DNA from: a bacterium
GTDB lineage: Bacteria; Muiribacteriota; UBA9980
Direction: 5' to 3'
DNA length: 55,615 nt
NCBI GenBank assembly: GCA_029571125.1
Contig: JAKPTH010000501.1
Span: 1 to 55,615 of the forward strand
How positions within the stretch are numbered: the stretch's first letter is position 1; the number at the start of each line of letters is the position of its first letter. The position numbers were made by a program, and so were the translations under genes. Shown here in pieces: positions 34,796 to 42,809 of this stretch. The notes beneath the pieces are model-generated. The model did not search any database. It saw only the letters and a program-made list of their open reading frames with translations, and was not told where the DNA came from.

Positions 34796-35002
34796 TTTTT
34801 TAATATTCTGGGCGTTTACTTTTGACGCGATTAACGTTAACACCGCCTCATAAGAGTCACCAGTCCGATATCGCCGCTAATAGCGGCTTTATCGAGACTG
34901 CGTTTCAGATTTCCAGGTACAATATCGCAAATTTCGGCCTTATACCAAAAGCTAATATTAATAGATTAAAGATAGTTTCAAAAAACTTTTTGTTATTTGC
35001 TA

Positions 35003-35031
35003 TTGACTTAGCCACCTTGAAAATATATAAT
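35003..35031 (+). promoter_or_regulatory. sigma70-type promoter for the 35068 gene
   Basis: TTGACT (35003-35008), a 17-nt spacer, then TATAAT (35026-35031); SD AAGAGGA follows. Confidence 0.55.
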
Positions 35032-35067
35032 AATGGAAATTTTTCGAATTAAAAGAGGATAAATTAA

Positions 35068-35937
35068 ATGCTTAAATTCATCATGCGTCTTTCTATTATT
35101 TCCATTTTTGCCGCAAGTAATTTATGCACGGCTTTCGCCGGCGGCACCGACGAAAACATACTTACCATAAAAAACGCAGCGGAATCAAGAAACGCCGTCA
35201 GCCCTCATTCTCTTCGCGAGCGCGAACCGGAAAAAAAATACTACTGCTCTAAAATTATAAGCCGCACTTTCGCAAAACTCGAAAAAGCCAATTCCGACAT
35301 TTACGGCCTCGAAACTACCGTAAAAGGCATAGCGCCGGCCATAGGCCATTTCACCAACTGGAACGACCGCATAACGGGCTACAGCGGCCTGATTTTCGGA
35401 AAAAAAATAAATAAAACATGGGACTACAACCTGGTATTCACTTTCGGACGCGGCTCGATAGACACACACAATTCGGCGGTTATACAAACGGCCGATCCTC
35501 AATTCGCTCCCCTCAACGGCGCCGGATTGAATGCAAATTTCCGCCAGGAATACGTATCTAAAACGATAGGTTTCGGCCCTAAATACAATAAAAAATTCAG
35601 AAACTTCGATCTTGGCGCGTCCGCGGTTATCGATTTCATCGATTTCAATTCTTACACCGATTACGCCCTTAACGCTCCCGGTTTCAGCAGGATAGTATCG
35701 GCCCATTTCAAAGCCCGCAAATTTTACGCGGCGTTCAGCCTTTCGCTCGAAAAGCGCATTAGAAGAAACACTAAAATCGTTCTTTTTATGGAATACGTGC
35801 CATCATGTAAACTTACAGGCGAAGCTATCGGCGACGACACGGTTAACGGCGCGTACACGAAAGCGGTAATCCCGGCCGAAATAGATATTTCAAGCAAAAA
35901 ACCGCACATAGGCTTAATGCTTACCCGGCTTTTTTAA
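35068..35937 (+). CDS. predicted small outer-membrane beta-barrel protein
   Basis: Signal peptide LSIISIFAASNLCTAFA, alternating-hydrophobicity strands, and a C-terminus ...GLMLTRLF with terminal Phe. Confidence 0.45.
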   Translation: MLKFIMRLSIISIFAASNLCTAFAGGTDENILTIKNAAESRNAVSPHSLREREPEKKYYCSKIISRTFAKLEKANSDIYGLETTVKGIAPAIGHFTNWNDRITGYSGLIFGKKINKTWDYNLVFTFGRGSIDTHNSAVIQTADPQFAPLNGAGLNANFRQEYVSKTIGFGPKYNKKFRNFDLGASAVIDFIDFNSYTDYALNAPGFSRIVSAHFKARKFYAAFSLSLEKRIRRNTKIVLFMEYVPSCKLTGEAIGDDTVNGAYTKAVIPAEIDISSKKPHIGLMLTRLF

Positions 35938-35971
35938 ACTTAATTTATAAAGAAAATTTTAAAAAATATAT

Positions 35972-36328
35972 ATGAATTCACTTTTACGCAGTTTTAAATA
36001 CGCTTTCAGAGGAATATTTACGGGCCTCGCGAGCGGGCGCAACCAAAAAATCCACGCTCTGGCGGCGTTTTTTGCAATATCCGCGGCCCTTTATTGCGGG
36101 CTGTCCGGAACCGAATATTGCGTGCTCGCGCTCACCATATCGGCGGTTTTTTCCGCCGAGCTTTTTAATTCGGCCATAGAAGAGCTTTGCGATGAAATAT
36201 GCAAAGGCGAACGCCGTCCTTCTATAGAGCGCATAAAAGACATGAGCGCGGCGGCCGTTTTAGTAACCGCCATAGCGTCGCTTTTTGTGGCTTTTTTTCT
36301 TTTCGCCGCGCCTTTGCTAAAAAAATAA
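35972..36328 (+). CDS. dgkA: diacylglycerol kinase / undecaprenol kinase family (DgkA)
   Basis: 118 aa, 3 TM segments, FKYAFRGI, N.KIH, SAELFNSAIEELCD (E..N.AIE..D motif). Confidence 0.8.
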   Translation: MNSLLRSFKYAFRGIFTGLASGRNQKIHALAAFFAISAALYCGLSGTEYCVLALTISAVFSAELFNSAIEELCDEICKGERRPSIERIKDMSAAAVLVTAIASLFVAFFLFAAPLLKK

Positions 36329-36345
36329 AACTACAGGAAGTTAAT

Positions 36346-37437
36346 ATGACTAATTACTCGGGAATTCAAAAATTATTAGTTTTTTTACTTTTATTCTTCA
36401 GCGCCGGAGCGTCTCTTGGTATAGTCACTCTGCTGGGGCCGGTCGCGTACGCCACTAAAATTCTTAGAGAATACAAAACCGACCCTGATATCGAAAAAAT
36501 AATCGTAAATTCGATGATACTTATATTGATTTTAACTTCGGGAATAGTTTCCGCCATAATTTCAAACTTTTATTTACGCTGGGGGTATAATAAGAAATTA
36601 ATTGTTTTACTGACGCTTTCAGCCGTTTTTTTCTCCGCGCCCATGATTTTATTTTTAAATCCTTCTTCGCTAAGGCCCTTTATGCCCGCTGAAACCACAC
36701 TCGCAAATTTCGTATTCGGCCCTTATCCCGATATGGATATATTAAAAAAAATAAGACGCGATAATTACAGCGCCGTTATATCGCTGCTGCACCCCGCGGT
36801 TTTACCTTTCGAACCGGAATTGCTTAAACGCGAAGAAGAAAACTGCGCGAAACTCGGAATAAAATTAATAAAAGCGCCCATGCTTCCATGGATTTCAGAA
36901 AATAAAGAATCGCTCGAAATAATATCGCAGCTGGCCGAAAACAAAACCGGAAAATACTACATACACTGTTATCTCGGACGCGACAGGGTGTTTATGGCAA
37001 AAAGAATAATCGAAAAACAGAATAAAGCGGCCGAAATTACCGCCGTTTCAACCAAAAGAAATATAGATTCGGTAAAAGCTTTTGGAAGAGGGGAAATATA
37101 TAAGTTTACTGGCGAAATTTATCTCACACCGTATCCTACAGATGAAGAATTCACGTCTTTTGTGCTCAACGGCAATTTTAAAACCATAGTGTCTTTACTG
37201 AATATTAACGATAAAGAAGACGCGGCGCTCATAGGCCGCGAAAAGGAAACCGTAAAACTATCGCCCGTAGAGTTTCATAATATTTCAATTCCCGCAGACT
37301 GTGATGAAAAATCCTTATATACCGCGGCGGCCGAAAAAATACATGAATCAGCAAAACCTGTTTTAGTGCATGGTTTCAAGACCGATTCAATGAGGGAAAA
37401 ACTCATGATCGAAGAATTGAACAAACGCATTAAATAA
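36346..37437 (+). CDS. membrane-anchored tandem CX5R phosphatase-fold protein (first domain intact, second degenerate)
   Basis: ORF-track start 36199 overlaps dgkA out of frame, so I use ATG 36346 (MTNYSGIQKLLVFLLLFF). About 4 TM segments, then YYIHCYLGRDRVF (HCX5R P-loop). The second copy reads PVLVHGFKTDSM, where Cys and Arg are lost. Confidence 0.6.
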   Translation: MTNYSGIQKLLVFLLLFFSAGASLGIVTLLGPVAYATKILREYKTDPDIEKIIVNSMILILILTSGIVSAIISNFYLRWGYNKKLIVLLTLSAVFFSAPMILFLNPSSLRPFMPAETTLANFVFGPYPDMDILKKIRRDNYSAVISLLHPAVLPFEPELLKREEENCAKLGIKLIKAPMLPWISENKESLEIISQLAENKTGKYYIHCYLGRDRVFMAKRIIEKQNKAAEITAVSTKRNIDSVKAFGRGEIYKFTGEIYLTPYPTDEEFTSFVLNGNFKTIVSLLNINDKEDAALIGREKETVKLSPVEFHNISIPADCDEKSLYTAAAEKIHESAKPVLVHGFKTDSMREKLMIEELNKRIK

Positions 37438-37457
37438 TGGTTTAAAATTCGATAAGC

Positions 37458-37823
37458 TTAGCGGCCGGCCTTTAGCTCTTTTTTTACTTCATTCCATTCA
37501 GACTCGGCTTTTTCTAAGTAAGGGCCATAAAGCCCGACGTCGTTTTCGCAGCAATCTTCGATTTTTACGGCTATCTCCGCCAGTATTTCAAAACACATGT
37601 TCAGCGAGGTGCCTTTCAGCTTATGGGCGCTCATTTTTATTTTTTCGACATTTTTTTCGGCGATATATTTTTTTATATTTTGAATATCCTGCGGAATTTG
37701 TATAAACGAATATGCTATAAGCTCTTCATATAGCGAAGTGTTGCCGAGAAGTTTCTCGGTAAAAGCGTTTTTATTGAAATGCTCGCTGCCGGCATTGTTT
37801 TTAATATTTACAAACTCCTGCAT
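37458..37823 (-). CDS. stand-alone histidine phosphotransfer (HPt) protein
   Basis: SAHKLKGTSLNMCF (HxxKG motif) in a ~120-aa helical protein. Confidence 0.75.
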   Translation of the reverse strand: MQEFVNIKNNAGSEHFNKNAFTEKLLGNTSLYEELIAYSFIQIPQDIQNIKKYIAEKNVEKIKMSAHKLKGTSLNMCFEILAEIAVKIEDCCENDVGLYGPYLEKAESEWNEVKKELKAGR

Positions 37824-37829
37824 ACCGAC

Positions 37830-37858
37830 ATTTTATCAAAAAGGCAGAGCTTTGTCAA
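37830..37858 (-). promoter_or_regulatory. sigma70-type promoter placing the TSS on the HPt start codon (leaderless)
   Basis: Minus strand reads TTGACA (37858-37853), a 17-nt spacer, then TAAAAT (37835-37830). ATG 37823 starts 6 nt after the -10 box, with no SD. Confidence 0.6.
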
Positions 37859-37945
37859 TAAATAAGACGGCCCCGGTAAAATAACCGGTAACCCGGATTT
37901 CAAGAAAATCGTATACCCGGGTTTTAATCAAGCTGAAAATGCTTA

Positions 37946-37974
37946 TTGACACAACAATGTTTATCTGCTATAAT
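37946..37974 (+). promoter_or_regulatory. perfect-consensus sigma70 promoter giving a 0-2-nt leader for the DnaB-like gene
   Basis: TTGACA (37946-37951), a 17-nt spacer, then TATAAT (37969-37974). ATG 37983 starts 8 nt after the -10 box, with no SD. Confidence 0.6.
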
Positions 37975-37982
37975 TTTATGAT

Positions 37983-39638
37983 ATGATTAAAGAACCTCAA
38001 GGCGCATTAAACGAGCCGCCGGCCGCGGCGCAACTTCAAATTTCCGCATGCGAAGACCTGTTCAAGATAGAGATCGAATTCTTGAAATCGTTCGCGCATA
38101 ATCCCGATTTTGCGGGGCTATACGCATTAAACCTCAATTTAATGCCGTCTAATTTTCAGTCGTCTTTAAAAACCAGGTTTATTTATTCGGCATTACTGTC
38201 CCTGTATAACGAAAACCGTACGATTAATTTTCAAAACGCTCAACTATACATGAAAGACCAGCTGCATCAGCAGCAATCTCATTTTGAAATCGCGGGCGCG
38301 CTATGCGAAGATATCTTTAACCTGACCGGCAAAGCCGGCGAATGCCCTATAGAAACAGACGTCAAAGCGCTCATTTATAAAATCAAAGAAAACAGCCTCA
38401 GAAACGAGTCTAAAAAGCTGCTCGCCAGCTCTATGAATAAGCTCAATAACGACAGGGGCGATTACGTTAACACTATCAAAAAATGCGCCGAATCCATAAA
38501 CACTCTGCTTGAAAATTCTAATCTTTCAGGTGAATGCAGTTACGCGCCCGACGCGGTCCAGACAAATATAGACCTCGAAATCGCAACCGCAAAAAACAAC
38601 CGCCCGTTCTGCGGCCTCGACACCGGTTTCGAGCTTCTCAACCAGGCCATAAACGGCATAGAAAACGAAATGTATCTAATCGGCGCGGCCAGCGCTATGG
38701 GTAAAACAACTTTCGCCACGCAGCTTTCATTTCAAATACTTAAAAATAATCCCGACGCGAACCTTATCTTCTTTTCGCTCGACCAGTCGCAAAAAGACAT
38801 ACTGGTCAAATTCATATCAGAAGCTTCCGGCGTGCCCGTCAAATATATAAAATGCTCCAATCCCCGCAACGAAAGCCTCGATATAAAGAAAAAAGAAGGC
38901 ATTTCCTTCGTAACATCGCTTACTAAAAGAATGCGCATAGTGGACGAAAGCCATGGCGAAATAACTATAAAGGATTTCAAGAATATCATCAGAAAGCATA
39001 AGCTCGAATTTCCCGGCAAGCCCCTGGCCGTCGTGGCAGACACCATTTCAGCTATAAGGCCTATGGCGCGTTATAACGATAAAGCCAACGAAATCAGCGA
39101 CATACTTTCCGAAATAAAAACCCTCGTGCGAACCGAAGAATTCTCTCTGGTGGCCACTTTCAATCTTGACGGCGGCGCCGAAATAAAAAGGCCCAAACGC
39201 GAAGACCTGGCCCGGATGCCCGCTTTCATTTACCAGCCTTACGTCACCATGACTCTATACAGCGATTTCATATTCAATTTCGAAACCCCTTTGCTCGAGT
39301 GGGAATGGGGAAGCTCCGATCTCATGGTGCCTATCGTAGAACTCGAAATAATCAAAAATAAAATGAGCGGAAACAAGGGCCGCATATTTTACCGCTACCT
39401 CGACTCACTTGCGTCGTTTCGGGAATGCGTCGAGCTCGAAAACGAAAACTATAACGCTATGATAGAAAACATAGAACATTTCGAGCATAAAAGAGGGAAC
39501 CAGCCCATCGCGCCCATAGCCCCTCCTCCGCCCCCTGTGCGCAATATACGCAGCGAAGGCAAAAGCGGCACCGCCGAAAATGATTCGAACGCCAGAAATA
39601 AATTAAAAGACGCGGATAAAAACGAAGACATAGTCTGA
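37983..39638 (+). CDS. divergent DnaB-family (RecA-fold) helicase-like protein with a Pro-rich basic tail
   Basis: LDTGFELLNQAINGIENEMYLIGAASAMGKTTFATQLSF (DnaB C-domain entry plus Walker A), LAVVADT (Walker B-like), ELEIIKNKMSGNKGRIFY (compare KQRNGPTG). The SG.IEQDAD region is not conserved. The tail reads PIAPIAPPPPPVRNIRSEGK. Confidence 0.55.
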   Translation: MIKEPQGALNEPPAAAQLQISACEDLFKIEIEFLKSFAHNPDFAGLYALNLNLMPSNFQSSLKTRFIYSALLSLYNENRTINFQNAQLYMKDQLHQQQSHFEIAGALCEDIFNLTGKAGECPIETDVKALIYKIKENSLRNESKKLLASSMNKLNNDRGDYVNTIKKCAESINTLLENSNLSGECSYAPDAVQTNIDLEIATAKNNRPFCGLDTGFELLNQAINGIENEMYLIGAASAMGKTTFATQLSFQILKNNPDANLIFFSLDQSQKDILVKFISEASGVPVKYIKCSNPRNESLDIKKKEGISFVTSLTKRMRIVDESHGEITIKDFKNIIRKHKLEFPGKPLAVVADTISAIRPMARYNDKANEISDILSEIKTLVRTEEFSLVATFNLDGGAEIKRPKREDLARMPAFIYQPYVTMTLYSDFIFNFETPLLEWEWGSSDLMVPIVELEIIKNKMSGNKGRIFYRYLDSLASFRECVELENENYNAMIENIEHFEHKRGNQPIAPIAPPPPPVRNIRSEGKSGTAENDSNARNKLKDADKNEDIV

Positions 39639-39725
39639 TTAACAAATAATTATAATTATTTTAATAAAATTTTAGTGGATTTTTATTTTAAATTATGATA
39701 TTATTGACTTAACTTTAATTGAATA

Positions 39726-39751
39726 TTCCGGACCGGTTAATTTCCGGACCG
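39726..39751 (+). promoter_or_regulatory. direct repeat 2 x TTCCGGACCG (16-bp period) upstream of the ferredoxin gene; candidate operator
   Basis: 39726-39735 and 39742-39751 are identical. Each contains the palindrome TCCGGA. They lie 43-68 nt upstream of ATG 39794. Confidence 0.35.
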
Positions 39752-39793
39752 CCGTATTAATTAAAGATTTTTTTAACGATAATGGAGGAAAAT

Positions 39794-39958
39794 ATGGCAT
39801 TAAAAATTAACGAAGATTGCACCGGCTGCGGAGTATGCGTAGATATCGCTCCCGACACGTTCAAAATAGGCGACGACGGTCTCGCTAAAGTTATCGGCAA
39901 CGGCCCTAAAGCTCAAGAAGCAGTAGACAGCTGCCCTGTCGGCGCTATCTCGATGTAA
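39794..39958 (+). CDS. small single-cluster [4Fe-4S]/[3Fe-4S] ferredoxin (54 aa), absent from the ORF track
   Basis: Translation by hand: MALKINEDCTGCGVCVDIAPDTFKIGDDGLAKVIGNGPKAQEAVDSCPVGAISM. It carries CxxCxxC...CP and SD GGAGG 5 nt upstream, and is followed by a terminator. Confidence 0.8.
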   Translation: MALKINEDCTGCGVCVDIAPDTFKIGDDGLAKVIGNGPKAQEAVDSCPVGAISM

Positions 39959-39986
39959 TCCGGCAATTAAAGATTTTTTTATATAT

Positions 39987-40044
39987 TCAACTCATCCGAC
40001 AAGTCATAGCTGGCTATTATTTTTCGGATGAGTTGATTTTATTT
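39987..40044 (+). terminator. rho-independent terminator after the ferredoxin gene
   Basis: TCAACTCATCCGA (39987-39999) pairs with TCGGATGAGTTGA (40024-40036), followed by TTTTATTT. Confidence 0.65.
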
Positions 40045-40049
40045 ATCGA

Positions 40050-41147
40050 ATGATTAAAAGTGAAATGAAACCTTCAAAAATACTCATAATAAGGCTTTCC
40101 GCCGCAGGCGATATAATACTGACGTTTCCGGCGTGTATTTTTCTTATAAAAAATTTCCCGGAAGCCAAAATAGATTGGGCGGTAGACGAAAGGTTTTCAG
40201 ATCTGCCCGGCCTGGTAGCGGGCGTTAATAAGAAAATAATATTTCCCGGCAAAACATTAAAAAATAAAAACCTTTCCGCCGCCGAAAAAATAAAGGCGGC
40301 CTGGAATTTTATAAAGGAAATCAGGCGCGAAAATTACGATCTGGTTATCGATTTTCAGGGGCTTTTCAAAAGCGGCCTTATTTCGTTTTTGTCCGGCGCA
40401 AAAGTCAGGGCGGCGCTCGCTCCCGGCGGGCACGATTCGCGCGAATTCAATCACTGGTTGAATAATAAAATTATCAAAATAGATAGCGATAACCCTATAA
40501 GTTCTAAAATACTTTATAGATCTTTAAATTTGGCGGCCAGAGCGGCCGGCGCCGTTTCGCCTGAAAATTTCACCATGGAAAAGCTCGTGGTTCCGCCCGC
40601 GGGCAGGGCTGAAATAGGCTCTTTTTTCGAAACGATCCGCCATAAAAGCAAAAACGGCAAAATAATAGCGTTAAATCCTTTCACTAACTGGCCCACAAAA
40701 ACATGGCCCGCCGAAAAATGGATGGAACTTATAAGGGAATTTCGCCGCGAAGATAAGCTTAAAAACTTCGCGGCAGTAATTTTATGGGGCCCGGCCGAAA
40801 AAGAGACCGCCGAAAAAATCGCGGCCTCCGATGAACTTACATTCATCTCTCCGCCCACCTCGCTCGTTGAAGTGTTCAGCGTTTTAGAACGCTGCGATGC
40901 CGTCGTTTCCGGCGATTCTTTCGCGCTGCACGCCGCATTCGTTTTAAATAAGCCCGTTGCGGCCCTTTTCGGCGCTTCCGACCCGGCCAGGTGCGCGCCG
41001 TTCGGTGAAAAAACCGTTCTGGCGACGCAAAAACTCGAATGCCAGCACTGCTTTAAAAGAACATGCCCGCTCGGGTCCTGCGACTGCATTAAAAACCTTC
41101 AAGCTGTCGATGTTTTAAAAGCCATACTCAGCCTCGATATCGCTTAG
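40050..41147 (+). CDS. family 9 glycosyltransferase (LPS heptosyltransferase-like), second copy
   Basis: ILIIRLSAAGDIILTFPA, GDSFALHAA, C-terminal CQHC..C....C.C cluster. Confidence 0.75.
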   Translation: MIKSEMKPSKILIIRLSAAGDIILTFPACIFLIKNFPEAKIDWAVDERFSDLPGLVAGVNKKIIFPGKTLKNKNLSAAEKIKAAWNFIKEIRRENYDLVIDFQGLFKSGLISFLSGAKVRAALAPGGHDSREFNHWLNNKIIKIDSDNPISSKILYRSLNLAARAAGAVSPENFTMEKLVVPPAGRAEIGSFFETIRHKSKNGKIIALNPFTNWPTKTWPAEKWMELIREFRREDKLKNFAAVILWGPAEKETAEKIAASDELTFISPPTSLVEVFSVLERCDAVVSGDSFALHAAFVLNKPVAALFGASDPARCAPFGEKTVLATQKLECQHCFKRTCPLGSCDCIKNLQAVDVLKAILSLDIA

Positions 41148-41393
41148 CTTCGTTCATTCGAAATTGCCGTCCTATTATTCTCAAAAAAGCTTATCGATTA
41201 AACTTTTAAAGATGCGTTTCATGAAAAAATTGTGAAAAAAATCTTGACTATACATGATTAAAAGTGTATCATTAGAAAGCTTACTTATTATTTTTAAACC
41301 GTTATTTATCGTTATCGAACGTTTTCTTTTTCGTCTTTTCATATTTTGTTGAATGATAATTTATTTTCAGCGTTCGGGCCTGGACCCGGACAC

Positions 41394-41429
41394 GCCATAA
41401 TTTATGGCTTTTCGAATTTTTCATTTTTT
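41394..41429 (+). terminator. terminator-like hairpin inside the leader of the MgtE_N/CBS gene (possible attenuator)
   Basis: GCCATA-ATT-TATGGC followed by TTTTCGAATTTTTCATTTTTT, 20 nt before the AGGAGG SD. The stem is only 6 bp. Confidence 0.3.
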
Positions 41430-41448
41430 CGCTTTCAGGAGGTGTGTA

Positions 41449-42801
41449 ATGGCTGACGGCAGAACCGCGACGGTTGAACAGATAAAAAAAAGCCCCGTGC
41501 TGAAGGATTTCAACACATTTTTCCTTTCCGAGATCCTGAACGTGAAAGTCTACGATAACGGCGACAAATTTATCGGCTACATAGACGATATCGCCATAGA
41601 CGCGTCAGAAAACATACGCCACCCTTACGTTTCCGCGTTTATCGTCAGGCGCGGCGAAAATATTACAGCTTACGAATATTCTTCTTTCGTAGAATACCGT
41701 TACGACTATTTCGAGCTGGCTCCTTTGCCCGTCGTGCTGCCGCTAAAGCTTACCGAAGAAGGCGAATACGAAAGCGACACCGAAATACTTTTAAAACGCG
41801 ACATACTAGACAAGCAAATAGTCGATACGTCCGGAATGCGCCTGGTGCGGGTCAACGATATAAAACTCACCTTCGTTAAAAACGGAATAGTCACCATAGG
41901 GGCCGATATAGGCCCTACCGGCCTCATGCGCCGGCTCAGCCTCAGCCGCATATATAAAGCCGTTGCCGCGCTTTTTAATAAAAAAATACCCGACCAGATA
42001 ATATCATGGCAGTTCGTCGAACCTATAGGCACCACGCATAAAAATAAAATTAAGCTGGTCGTTCCTTACGCAAAACTTTCGCTGCTTCATCCGGCCGACA
42101 TCGCCGATATCATCGAAGAACTATCGGTACAGGAAAGCGCCGAAATATTGAAGTCCCTCGACGAAGAAACTGCGGCTGAAACACTCGCGGAAATTGAAGA
42201 GCAGGACCTGCAGATATCGCTTATAGAATCGCTCGGCACCGAAAAAGCCGCCGATATATTAGATATGATGCCTCCCGACGAAGCGGCCGACATACTCGGC
42301 GACCTTTCGGAAAAGCAGGCCGAAGAAATCCTTTCCGACATGAACTCCCAGGGCGCCGAAGAAGTCCGCGAGCTTATGAGCCACGACGAAGATACCGCGG
42401 GCGGCCTTATGACCACCGAATATATTTCGTTCCCCGAAACGTTCAACGTGGAGCAGGCACTTTCGGAATACAGGCTCATAGCGCCTAATATAGAAATGGC
42501 CTATTATCTTTACATAGAAGAAAAGGGCGGCTACCTCAAAGGCGTAACAACCCTGAAAGACCTCGTAGTGGCTAGACCTTACCAGAAACTAACCGAAATC
42601 ATGAACCGCAAAGTTTCGTTTTGCCTTTTAAACGAGCATAAAAAAGACGTGGCTGAAAAGATCGCCCGTTACAACCTGCTCGCAATCCCTGTGGTAGACG
42701 AAAACGACGTCATGAAAGGCATAATAACTTTCGACGACGTCATGGACACCATAATAGAAATCAACGAAGAGCTTCCGCACTTCTTAAAAGGCTCTGAATA
42801 A
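41449..42801 (+). CDS. soluble PRC-barrel x2 + MgtE_N + CBS-pair protein (MgtE cytoplasmic module without the membrane domain)
   Basis: Start moved to ATG 41449 (AGGAGG 6 nt upstream). LHPADIADIIEEL...ETLAEIEE...AADILDMMPPDEAADILGDLSEKQAEEIL (MgtE N-domain acidic helices), then two CBS motifs. The ORF stops at ...PHFLKGSE with no TM segment. Confidence 0.7.
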   Translation: MADGRTATVEQIKKSPVLKDFNTFFLSEILNVKVYDNGDKFIGYIDDIAIDASENIRHPYVSAFIVRRGENITAYEYSSFVEYRYDYFELAPLPVVLPLKLTEEGEYESDTEILLKRDILDKQIVDTSGMRLVRVNDIKLTFVKNGIVTIGADIGPTGLMRRLSLSRIYKAVAALFNKKIPDQIISWQFVEPIGTTHKNKIKLVVPYAKLSLLHPADIADIIEELSVQESAEILKSLDEETAAETLAEIEEQDLQISLIESLGTEKAADILDMMPPDEAADILGDLSEKQAEEILSDMNSQGAEEVRELMSHDEDTAGGLMTTEYISFPETFNVEQALSEYRLIAPNIEMAYYLYIEEKGGYLKGVTTLKDLVVARPYQKLTEIMNRKVSFCLLNEHKKDVAEKIARYNLLAIPVVDENDVMKGIITFDDVMDTIIEINEELPHFLKGSE

Positions 42802-42809
42802 GGTTTAAC

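Noticed and set aside
34822-35052. 76-aa TTG-initiated ORF, and an opposite-strand stop-free stretch (…YKAEICDIVPGNLKRSLDKAAISGDIGLVTLMRRC) in the 34796-35067 spacer
   Set aside because: Neither has a usable start or SD, and the 35068 promoter occupies the 3' part. They could be a decayed gene fragment, but I cannot support a pseudogene call.
36199-36345. N-terminal extension of the phosphatase ORF (track start 36199)
   Set aside because: It overlaps the dgkA 3' end out of frame and encodes an Arg/His-rich non-hydrophobic peptide. ATG 36346 begins the first TM segment right after the dgkA stop.
41148-41448. M-box (ykoK) riboswitch upstream of the MgtE_N/CBS gene
   Set aside because: The leader is very AT-rich and lacks the conserved M-box cores I remember. 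Only a short terminator-like hairpin is seen.
41404-41448. Track start ATG 41404 for the MgtE_N/CBS gene
   Set aside because: It would translate through the terminator T-run and the AGGAGG SD (MAFRIFHFFAFRRCV). ATG 41449, with the SD 6 nt upstream, is preferred.
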